Virus record (IMG/VR): IMGVR_UViG_3300032272_000025
Span: 1-46,957 of that record
Direction: 5' to 3' (one strand)
Source: a virus
Lineage: Duplodnaviria > Caudoviricetes
DNA: 46,957 bases
Below are positions 7,879 to 15,476 of the stretch, piece after piece. How positions within the stretch are numbered: position 1 is the stretch's first letter; each line of letters starts with the position of its first letter. A program made the position numbers and the translations under genes. The notes beneath the pieces were generated by a model, which did not search any database, had not been told where the DNA came from, and was given only the letters and a program-made list of their open reading frames with translations.

Positions 7879-8265
7879 AGATTAGAGGCTGCCTTGACTG
7901 AGTGCAGCAATGATCTGGATGGGGAGAGGCTATCTAATCGAGAGTTGAAGGCGCATGTGGAGACACTCAGGAATGGTCTGCTTATGTCAAACTGTGAGAT
8001 AACAGAATGCGACTACTCAGATGATGATGTCGGTATAAAGGAGTTGATTGCTGAGAACCTGCGCTTAGTTGATTCAATCCCTCACCAATCCCTCACCGCC
8101 CTAAAGCGCAAGCATCATCAGGAGTGCCTTGCTATTCTTAGCGAGAAGTTTAAGAAATATGATGCGCTACCAGACTTCGACCCTGACCACCTAGAGTTAT
8201 ATAAGCAGCGTAGTTTCGGAATAGAAGAAGCCATAGAAGCAATCAAGCAGAAGACGGAGGAGTAG
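7747..8265 (+). CDS. Hypothetical protein with N-terminal zinc ribbon and coiled coil
   Basis: CSAC...CPHC; SD GAGGTG. Confidence 0.7.
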   Translation: MATCSACTKIYDGRQYRSCPHCFEKRKYDKAYADGRASMQAEVDRLEAALTECSNDLDGERLSNRELKAHVETLRNGLLMSNCEITECDYSDDDVGIKELIAENLRLVDSIPHQSLTALKRKHHQECLAILSEKFKKYDALPDFDPDHLELYKQRSFGIEEAIEAIKQKTEE

Positions 8266-8266
8266 C

Positions 8267-8749
8267 ATGGCAACATATAAAGAATTGAGAGAAGCTGTTG
8301 ATAAAGTGGCAGCGATTGAGGTTGAGGGGTTCGACAACGACTGGTTGTTGAGAGCGTTCGCTAGAAAGCAGGCGCTAATCAACATTGAAAAGATCAAGCA
8401 ATTTACAGATAAGTACAATCTAATTGTTCGCTACCTTGTGACTGGAGATGAATCTATCCGTAAAGAGGCTAGGGCTGCTGCTTATGCTGCTTATGCTGCT
8501 GTTTATGCTGCTGCTGCTGATGCTCATGCTTCTGCTCATGCTGCTGCTAATGCTCATGACGCTGCTGCTGCTGATGCTCGTGACGCTGCTGCTGCTGATG
8601 CTCGTGATGCTGCTTATGCTGCTGCTGATGCTGCCAGAGACTCGGCAATCAACATACTGAACGATATGGTTGATGAGTACATGAGCAAGCTTGATGTTGT
8701 TAAGCGGTGTGAGTGTTGTGGGAAGATTGTGGAGTCAAGTGATGAGTGA
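8267..8749 (+). CDS. Hypothetical protein with Ala-rich low-complexity tract
   Basis: SD GGAGGAG; GCT-rich tract at about 8474-8635; C-terminal CECCG. Confidence 0.75.
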   Translation: MATYKELREAVDKVAAIEVEGFDNDWLLRAFARKQALINIEKIKQFTDKYNLIVRYLVTGDESIRKEARAAAYAAYAAVYAAAADAHASAHAAANAHDAAAADARDAAAADARDAAYAAADAARDSAINILNDMVDEYMSKLDVVKRCECCGKIVESSDE

Positions 8750-8942
8750 TACAACGATGTCTAAGACATGGCTTGAGCACAAGAATGTTAGACTGTGGAA
8801 TGATAACGCTCGCCTCACAAAGCAGTTGGCTATAGCTGTGGAGGCCATTGACCGGATGAAGGACAACAGTGGGAGGCGCGAATCTAATTTTAAGATAGGT
8901 GTAGAGGCACTTGCCAAGATTAAGAAATGTGAGGTGGAATGA
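8742..8942 (+). CDS. Hypothetical protein
   Basis: SD GGAG; overlaps its neighbours. Confidence 0.6.
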   Translation: MSDTTMSKTWLEHKNVRLWNDNARLTKQLAIAVEAIDRMKDNSGRRESNFKIGVEALAKIKKCEVE

Positions 8943-9127
8943 TGAGTGAAACAACAGATGATTGCTTGATTGAGATCGCCAGCAAAACCCCCACACTGCG
9001 CGACCAGTTCGCCATGACTGCTTTGCAGGGGGTTATTATTGCAGCAGGAGCAAGTGAAAATAGCAGCAATTATGCAGAGGCAGCTTATAGATACGCTGAC
9101 GCAATGATGGAGGCTAGAGAGAAATGA
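8939..9127 (+). CDS. Conserved phage hypothetical protein (TLRDQFAMxALQG...AYRYADAM family)
   Basis: Motif widely seen in small phage proteins; SD GAGGTGG. Confidence 0.8.
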   Translation: MMSETTDDCLIEIASKTPTLRDQFAMTALQGVIIAAGASENSSNYAEAAYRYADAMMEAREK

Positions 9128-9480
9128 AACATTTACTAAAGAACGGGCTCAGCATCAGTGGCCCAGCTGGATCTGGGAAGTCAACACTGGCCAAGACCAT
9201 CGCAGAGTCGCAGGGCGTATATCGCACGATCAGTGCTCATCAGTTTGCCAACGACAGCTTCAATGACTACTATGAGTACTGCAGCACTGTGATCGTTGAA
9301 GGTTGCGATCATCTGACACTGGTTACCATTGAATCGCTCATGATGAACAGCCATGTGCGGATTCATCGGCGCGGAAAGACACCGATCGTTCGCCCGATCC
9401 CGAACATGATCTTCGTCATGGACTGTGGTCACAAGCCGAAGGGCATGCTTAACATCACACTTGAGGAGGTGGCTCGATGA
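9124..9480 (+). CDS. Small P-loop NTPase-like protein
   Basis: Walker A GPAGSGKST, Walker B-like VIVEG; only 118 aa. Confidence 0.7.
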   Translation: MKHLLKNGLSISGPAGSGKSTLAKTIAESQGVYRTISAHQFANDSFNDYYEYCSTVIVEGCDHLTLVTIESLMMNSHVRIHRRGKTPIVRPIPNMIFVMDCGHKPKGMLNITLEEVAR

Positions 9481-9848
9481 GCTACTTAACTGAAACCAGG
9501 ACCGGTCCGTATCTCCACAGCCCACGATGGCACTGTACAAAGACATTCGATAACGGCAGGTGCTTCATCATTCTGATTGCTCAGGCGGTCAGTGAAAACG
9601 GATACATCAAACCCGGTCGCAATGGTGTCACCGTGATCGATCTTGACAACGAAGTGCTGCTGCTCGATGAGCACCTGTGCCAGCCGATCAGTGACATCTC
9701 CTCCCCATCTGAAGAACAGATGACTGAATACTACGCGATGCTGGAGATGGACAGCTACTCTGGGTTCATGTTGTATCTGGAGAATCAGCAGCGGTACATC
9801 GGACCTGCCATCATGAACAGCTTGATACAGAGGGGCATGAGTCTATGA
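9477..9848 (+). CDS. Hypothetical protein
   Basis: SD GAGGAGG; ATGA overlap. Confidence 0.7.
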   Translation: MSYLTETRTGPYLHSPRWHCTKTFDNGRCFIILIAQAVSENGYIKPGRNGVTVIDLDNEVLLLDEHLCQPISDISSPSEEQMTEYYAMLEMDSYSGFMLYLENQQRYIGPAIMNSLIQRGMSL

Positions 9849-9931
9849 AATTTATCATGAAATACTGGTGTGAGATCTTCATCTTCATCGTTGCACTGTT
9901 CGCGCTGGCCTTCAGCAGGTTGCCTGTGTGA
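9845..9931 (+). CDS. Small hydrophobic peptide (28 aa, not in ORF track)
   Basis: MKFIMKYWCEIFIFIVALFALAFSRLPV; ATGA overlap. Confidence 0.5.
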   Translation: MKFIMKYWCEIFIFIVALFALAFSRLPV

Positions 9932-10059
9932 CTCACCAGCTGACGTTACGAACTGGGACCAGGGTTGCACACCGGCCTTGGTAAACATGGCTACACAGCT
10001 GCAGCAGGGGATCTAAGCATCGGCTACGTGCTGGAGACGCTCGACCTATCAATGGTGGC

Positions 10060-10088
10060 TTGACTCCCGCATTACTATTCAATACAGT
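10060..10088 (+). promoter_or_regulatory. Sigma70 promoter P2 (primase)
   Basis: TTGACT-17 nt-TACAGT; same -10 as P1 and GCATTAC in the same spacer register. Confidence 0.7.
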
Positions 10089-10113
10089 ACCGAACCAGAG
10101 AGAAGGAGAGCTT

Positions 10114-12642
10114 GTGATCGGGAATAAAGAATTTCTTGAAGCGTTGTTTGCCGAAGATGCACCATACGCTCATGTTACAGATTTCAGTTACGACCCTGGG
10201 GCTATACCCGCAGATAAGCACCTGATCGCATGGAAGGGTGACTACGCCTGCAGATATCCACTGACTCCGGGCACCAATCAATACTTCACCATCTCCATCT
10301 TTGCACCTGATGAGAAAGGTGTAGCACGTCGCCGCAAGGCATTGTTCCTGCGTACCAGAGTTATCGTGCTTGATGATGTTCGTGAGAAGCTGGACATCGC
10401 TGAAGCGAACAAGCTGCCAAAGCCTGCATGGATTCTTGAATCATCTGCAGGATCTGAGCAGTGGGGCTACATCCTCGATGTGCCATGCGCTGATAGACAC
10501 AAGGTTGAGAACCTGCTGGATGGCTTGGTAGCTAACGGACTGGCGCCGCAGGGTAAAGATCCAGGGATGAAGGGAGTAACGCGTTATGTACGACTACCGG
10601 AAGGATCAAACAACAAGGCAAGCAAGCTTGTCAATGGTGAGCCGTTCAAGTGTCGACTCACTGAGTGGAATCCCGAGAGAAGAGTTACTCTCGCAGATCT
10701 CGCCGCACCCTTCCACGTTGATCTCGAAGCTGTTCGCAGAGAAGGTCGCGTCGACGGGGCTGCTGATCTACCAGATCATCCCCTCCTCCAAATCCCAGAC
10801 CTCATTCACATTAAAGATGTACGATCCGACGGACGTTTTGATATCACCTGTCCGTGGGTGGATGAGCACACCGACAGAGTAGACAATGGCTCAGCAGTCT
10901 TCACCAATGGTGACGGCTCAATAGGGTTCAAGTGTCACCACGGAGCCTGTGAGCAGCGTACAGTGCGCGACCTGATGGGGTTCCTCGACAAAGAGAAGCC
11001 AGGGTTCAGTGAGACAATGGCGATGTTCCGATTGAAGCGTGACTTCGCAGAGATAGTAACAGCTCCTGTGCACACCAACGCCACGCAGGTTACTGTGCAG
11101 AGCCCTGTTAGCTTCATTGACGCCACTGTCGAACCAACAGCGCCTACTGCACGCAGCGTGATGGATGATCTCAGAATGATTGATCGCACGTCAGCTGAGG
11201 CAAGAGCTAAAGCTCAGAGTCTGCTGCAGGTTGTCGACTCACTACCGGCACTGGATCGCATGAGCTGGCACGATGAGATCAGCGACGTGATGCACTGGTC
11301 CAAAACATTCATGAAAGAGATGCTCAAGGAGCTGCGTGCTGACTGGTACAAGGCGAACAAAGAAGGGATTGCACTATATAAGCAGTTCCTGTATATCAAA
11401 GAGCAGGATCGATTCTACGATGTAGCAACCCGGATGTTCCTGACCCCTGCTGCGTTCCAGAACTCTTACTCGCACGAGGACAAAGAGGCCAAGAAGACTG
11501 CGCTTGAAGATGGCAGGGTGGAGAAGGTTGACCGGTTGAACTTCGCGCCAAAGCGCCCGATGGTCTACATTGACCGGGGTATCAAATACGGTAACACGTG
11601 GTCACCGACTCAGGTTGATCAGGGTGTGCCGGGCGACTGCTCACCGTGGCTTAATCATTGGGACGCACTCGGCTGGTCAAGCAACCGCGACCACATGATC
11701 AAGTGGATGGCCTTCACCCTTCGCCACCCCGAGCAGAAGATCAATCACATGCTGCTACTCGGTGGGCTCGAAGGGTCTGGTAAAGACTTTCTACTCTACC
11801 CGCTGTGCAAAGCGATGGGTGAGTACGGCACAGTGATCAATGGTGACGAACTGCTGACCGGCTTCAATGATTACCTACTGAGCACCAAGCACCTGCACAT
11901 CAATGAAGCAGAGCTGGGCGATCATCAGATGGCGACCGTCGTATCCAATAAGATCAAGCCACTCTGCTCTGCTCCACCTGATAGCCTGCGAGTGAACCAG
12001 AAAGGCATTACACCAGTGAAGATCGACAACATTGTCAGTGTCACCATGACCACCAACAACGGCAACCAACCTGTGAAGCTGGCAGGCACCAGTCGCAGGA
12101 TCTACGGCACATGGTCTGACCTGAATGTGCGTGACTCATCGGGCGAGATGAAGCCTCAGTGGAGAAAGTACTGGACTGAGATGTGGAACTGGATGCACTC
12201 AGGTGGGGTCAACTATTGCATCTGGTATCTTATGACCCAGGTTGATCTGACTGACTTCAACCCAGGTGCTGCACCAGTGATGACTGACTTTGTACGCGAC
12301 ATTACCGACGCATCGAAGTCTCCAATGCAGCACACGATTGAGTTCCTCATTAAGAACAAGGTCGGAGCATTCAGGAACGACTTGGTCACCGCTGCTGAGA
12401 TCATGGTTACATTGAAGGCTGCAGCACTGAGCCCAGAGATGAGTGACATGATCATGTGTGACCTGACCAAGCTGTCACCGGTGTGGATTGGTCGCACGAT
12501 GAACGGGATCAATGACATCGCAAGAATCAGAGCAGAGAAACATCGTGAGGCAATCCGGCTATGGGTTGTACGTGACACAGATAAGTATCTGAACATGTCA
12601 TGCTCCGAAGTGTACGACAGTTACATGGAGGCGGTGAAATGA
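10114..12642 (+). CDS. Primase-helicase (RepB-like primase + Zn finger + SF3/DUF5906-like helicase)
   Basis: VIVLDDV, ILESSAGSEQWGY and RYVRLP primase motifs; CPW..EH...CHHGAC; Walker A GLEGSGKD, LHINE, MTTN, SRR. GTG start with SD AAGGAG. Confidence 0.88.
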   Translation: MIGNKEFLEALFAEDAPYAHVTDFSYDPGAIPADKHLIAWKGDYACRYPLTPGTNQYFTISIFAPDEKGVARRRKALFLRTRVIVLDDVREKLDIAEANKLPKPAWILESSAGSEQWGYILDVPCADRHKVENLLDGLVANGLAPQGKDPGMKGVTRYVRLPEGSNNKASKLVNGEPFKCRLTEWNPERRVTLADLAAPFHVDLEAVRREGRVDGAADLPDHPLLQIPDLIHIKDVRSDGRFDITCPWVDEHTDRVDNGSAVFTNGDGSIGFKCHHGACEQRTVRDLMGFLDKEKPGFSETMAMFRLKRDFAEIVTAPVHTNATQVTVQSPVSFIDATVEPTAPTARSVMDDLRMIDRTSAEARAKAQSLLQVVDSLPALDRMSWHDEISDVMHWSKTFMKEMLKELRADWYKANKEGIALYKQFLYIKEQDRFYDVATRMFLTPAAFQNSYSHEDKEAKKTALEDGRVEKVDRLNFAPKRPMVYIDRGIKYGNTWSPTQVDQGVPGDCSPWLNHWDALGWSSNRDHMIKWMAFTLRHPEQKINHMLLLGGLEGSGKDFLLYPLCKAMGEYGTVINGDELLTGFNDYLLSTKHLHINEAELGDHQMATVVSNKIKPLCSAPPDSLRVNQKGITPVKIDNIVSVTMTTNNGNQPVKLAGTSRRIYGTWSDLNVRDSSGEMKPQWRKYWTEMWNWMHSGGVNYCIWYLMTQVDLTDFNPGAAPVMTDFVRDITDASKSPMQHTIEFLIKNKVGAFRNDLVTAAEIMVTLKAAALSPEMSDMIMCDLTKLSPVWIGRTMNGINDIARIRAEKHREAIRLWVVRDTDKYLNMSCSEVYDSYMEAVK

Positions 12643-12656
12643 AGTAATAAAATGTA

Positions 12657-12684
12657 TTGACATGTAGTACTATAACATTATACT
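12657..12684 (+). promoter_or_regulatory. Sigma70 promoter P3
   Basis: TTGACA-16 nt-TATACT in an AT-rich gap. Confidence 0.65.
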
Positions 12685-12694
12685 GGAGCACAAT

Positions 12695-12880
12695 ATGAAC
12701 TTTAACTTTAACTACCAACTCCGCATCTGCAAAAAAGTGATAGATGCATTCAAGTTACGCTGTAAGAAGCTGCAGCGTAATCCCGCTGATATGATGCGGG
12801 AGATTATTACAGCTTTCAATGAAGGACGGTTGACCATCAAGCCAACCGAAGAACAGAAAGAGGAGAGTATATACAAATGA
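12695..12880 (+). CDS. Ribbon-helix-helix-like DNA-binding protein (putative regulator)
   Basis: Beta strand YQLRI, then helices DAFKLRC and PADMMREIITAF; SD GGAG. Confidence 0.65.
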   Translation: MNFNFNYQLRICKKVIDAFKLRCKKLQRNPADMMREIITAFNEGRLTIKPTEEQKEESIYK

Positions 12881-13278
12881 GTATCGAAAATAACCTGAAA
12901 CGAATCGCTGACGCTCTGGAGAAGATTGCCGAGCAACCAGCTCACGCACCGATTGAGATCACAGGTGTTGGTGACTTGCAATTGAAGCCTGACGCCTGCG
13001 CAGCCACTGATAAAGTGGAGACAGCTAAGCCTGCACCTGCACCTGCACCTGCACCTGCACCTGCACCTGCACCGCCGAAGACTGAAGCACCTGTTGTCAC
13101 TGTTGAAGAACTCAACGCCGCGCTGGTTGCAGAGTTCACACGACTCGGTGGTCATGAGGCAGAAGCAATGCCGAAGATCCAAGCAGTGTTGACTGAACTG
13201 GGTGGCAGTGCTTCCATCAACACACTCGCACCTGAGAAGTTCGGTGAAGCACTGGCTCGCATCAAGGCTCTGACATGA
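12877..13278 (+). CDS. Conserved replication-module protein with (PA)7 linker
   Basis: SIENNLKRIADALE N-terminus and small helical C-terminal domain, typical of the gene preceding DUF2800 in APSE-like modules. Confidence 0.8.
   Translation: MSIENNLKRIADALEKIAEQPAHAPIEITGVGDLQLKPDACAATDKVETAKPAPAPAPAPAPAPAPPKTEAPVVTVEELNAALVAEFTRLGGHEAEAMPKIQAVLTELGGSASINTLAPEKFGEALARIKALT
13030..13071 (+). repeat. (CCTGCA)7 tandem repeat
   Basis: Encodes (PA)7. Confidence 0.95.
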
Positions 13279-14516
13279 GTCACGCACGCTTAGGCCCATC
13301 GAATAAGCGATGGCCTCACTGCCCCGGCTCTGTACGAGAAGAGGCAGTGTACCCTAATACATCAAGTGCAGCTGCCATTGATGGCACCGGCAGCCACCTG
13401 CTGCTGGAGCTGTGCTTGATCAACGGGGTACGAGCTGACGCATACGACGGTCAGATCATTGGCGTAAACCATGAAGACAATCTGATGGGGTGGATGGTTC
13501 ACCCTGATCGTATTGCCAGAGTGCAGATCTGCCTTGATTATGTTGAACGTCGTGTCAATGAGCTGAAGGCTCAGTTCCCCGGCTGCGAAGTGCTTGTCAA
13601 ACCTGAAGCGCGGTCAAACCCAGGTGCTGCTGTTGGTCGTGATGACTGGTGGGGCACGTGCGACATCACAATCACAGTGGTGTTGGATGAGGAAGTCATC
13701 TTCATGGAAGTGGCTGACTACAAAGATGGTCGCGGCTATGTTTCTGAGAAGAACAATGGCCAGTTGATTGACTACCTTGGTGGACAGCTTCATGCAGAAC
13801 GAGATGACATTAAAAAAGCCATCCCGGTTCGCATGACCATTGTGCAACCGAAAACTACCACACCGATTCGTTACCAGAACGACGTGTCGGGCTACGTGAT
13901 GAAGATGATCGCTGAACGTGGTAAAGCAGCAGCACTGACTGATGATCCGAACGCACCACTGATCCCCGGTCCACATTGTAACGAGTGGTGCAAACACAAA
14001 GGACACTGCAGCGCTGGAGCAGAGTCGAGCATGGAGGTGCTAGATAAAATGGATATCAAGGTAGCAGACTTTGGTGACTTGAAGTCACTCAGTGATGAAG
14101 CGTTGGCAGATCTTGCTGACACTGAAGAAGCACTGATGGCGCAGTTCGCCAAGGTAAAAGAAGAAGTCCGGTTCAGGGTTGAACAAGGTATCAACGTACC
14201 TGGTTACATCATGGGCAAAGGGCGAGGTAGTAACGGCTGGAACGCATCAGCTGAAGAGATCGAGAAAGCACTGAAGGGTCGCCGCTTGAGGAAGGCTGAC
14301 ATCTACCCTGCGTCATTGATCACACCCGGTGCACTGAAGAAGTCAGACCTGTTGACTGAAGACCAGAAAGAACGTATCTTCAAACAGTTCGTGTCTTATC
14401 AGCCGGGTAAACCCACACTTAAAAAAGTTGAACGTAATCAGGCTGCAGCCGTCGTCGACTTTTCCGCAGAAGCTGCAGCAGAAACACAGGCAGAGCAGCC
14501 TGTATCATTCTTCTGA
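13275..14516 (+). CDS. Cas4-like PD-(D/E)XK exonuclease (DUF2800 family)
   Basis: HARLGPS..RWPHCPGS, GTxxH, GTCD, DYKDG, QLIDY, IVQP, PGPHCNEWC..C. Confidence 0.88.
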   Translation: MSHARLGPSNKRWPHCPGSVREEAVYPNTSSAAAIDGTGSHLLLELCLINGVRADAYDGQIIGVNHEDNLMGWMVHPDRIARVQICLDYVERRVNELKAQFPGCEVLVKPEARSNPGAAVGRDDWWGTCDITITVVLDEEVIFMEVADYKDGRGYVSEKNNGQLIDYLGGQLHAERDDIKKAIPVRMTIVQPKTTTPIRYQNDVSGYVMKMIAERGKAAALTDDPNAPLIPGPHCNEWCKHKGHCSAGAESSMEVLDKMDIKVADFGDLKSLSDEALADLADTEEALMAQFAKVKEEVRFRVEQGINVPGYIMGKGRGSNGWNASAEEIEKALKGRRLRKADIYPASLITPGALKKSDLLTEDQKERIFKQFVSYQPGKPTLKKVERNQAAAVVDFSAEAAAETQAEQPVSFF

Positions 14517-14529
14517 GGAGGAGAGAAAC

Positions 14530-15303
14530 ATGTCAACACAGATCAAAGTAAAAGGTATTCTTTCATACCCACACCTGTTCGTCGCACGTTCGGTGAACCC
14601 CGGTGATGATCCGAAGTTCGGAGCTGTCATCTTGGTTGCCAACAATGACCCACAGGTTGCCATGATTCAGCAGGCAGTCGAAGCTGAAAAAGCAAACGGC
14701 TTCCCTGCTGGGTTCCCGCACAACGGCAAGCTGTGCTTCAAACCAGCTGCTGAAATTTGGCCTGACGCCCCAGCACTCGCAGGCTACATGTCACTGAGTG
14801 CCAACTCATCAGCTGATAAGAAGCCACTGGTCGTCGGTCTGGATCTTCAGCCGGTGATGGACCCGAGTCTGGTGCAGGCCGGTGACATCGTATGGGCGCA
14901 GATCAACATCAACCCATACAACCTACCGGTCAACAAAGGCGTGGGTGCTTACGTCAATGGTGTGATGATCACCGGTGAAGAAGGCCCACTGGGCAAACTG
15001 GGCAACACGCAGACTGCTGCGAGCATGTTCGGTGATGTTGCTACCGGTGGCTTCCCGACTCATGGTGGCCCTGATGCGCAGCAGGCTCCAGCTCCAGCTC
15101 CAGCTCCAGCTCCAGCTCCAGCTCCAGCTCCAGCTCCAGCTCCAGCTCCAGCCCCAGCCCCAGCCCCAGCTCCAGCTCCAGCTCCAGCTGCGAACGTCAT
15201 GACTGCTGCAGCGACTACCAGCTATGAAGAGTATATCAAAGCTGGTTGGACTGATCAGGGTCTGATTGATGGTGGGTTGATGATCAAACCTAGCTTCGCT
15301 TAA
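14530..15303 (+). CDS. ssDNA-binding protein (DUF2815/gp2.5-like) with (AP)17 linker and GWTDQ C-terminal module
   Basis: LSYPHLF...PKF, NKGVGAYVNGV, GPLG; lies between Cas4-like gene and polymerase; SD GAGGAGGAG. Confidence 0.85.
   Translation: MSTQIKVKGILSYPHLFVARSVNPGDDPKFGAVILVANNDPQVAMIQQAVEAEKANGFPAGFPHNGKLCFKPAAEIWPDAPALAGYMSLSANSSADKKPLVVGLDLQPVMDPSLVQAGDIVWAQININPYNLPVNKGVGAYVNGVMITGEEGPLGKLGNTQTAASMFGDVATGGFPTHGGPDAQQAPAPAPAPAPAPAPAPAPAPAPAPAPAPAPAPAPAANVMTAAATTSYEEYIKAGWTDQGLIDGGLMIKPSFA
15085..15186 (+). repeat. (GCTCCA/GCCCCA)17 tandem repeat
   Basis: Encodes (AP)17. Confidence 0.95.
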
Positions 15304-15310
15304 ACAGAGT

Positions 15311-15336
15311 GGCTGCTCTTCGGGGCAGCCTCTCTT
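15311..15336 (+). terminator. Hairpin after SSB (terminator or processing site)
   Basis: GGCTGCTC-TTCG-GGGCAGCC followed by TCTCTT (weak U-tract). Confidence 0.6.
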
Positions 15337-15454
15337 ACACATGGTGGTTGAATAATACACGTGCTTTCCGTTCTACCGTCGGAGCCAGTTGTTGAATAAA
15401 CGGTAGCCACCAGCTGTAAGAGAGAAGCATCGGCACTTATGAACATCTGCCGAT
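15330..15454 (+). ncRNA. Candidate structured RNA leader upstream of DNA polymerase
   Basis: Nested stems 15330-39/15415-24, 15342-47/15407-12 and 15373-79/15400-06; hairpin ATCGGCA/TGCCGAT. Confidence 0.4.
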
Positions 15455-15476
15455 ACAATGAGACAGAGGAGAAGAG

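Noticed and set aside
10060-10113. ORF-track TTG starts at 10060, 20020 and 3947, and the long upstream extensions at 4071, 6210, 14428, 22145 and 45852
   Set aside because: They coincide with promoter -35 boxes or lack an SD; downstream starts have strong SDs.
13275-14516. CRISPR-Cas component (Cas4)
   Set aside because: It is the stand-alone DUF2800-type nuclease of phage replication modules; no other cas genes or array.
12712-15360. Antisense or alternate-frame ORFs with (CR)n, (SW)n, (QL)n runs, and poly-Leu ORFs at 8448 and 25755
   Set aside because: These are shadow frames of tandem repeats within real genes.
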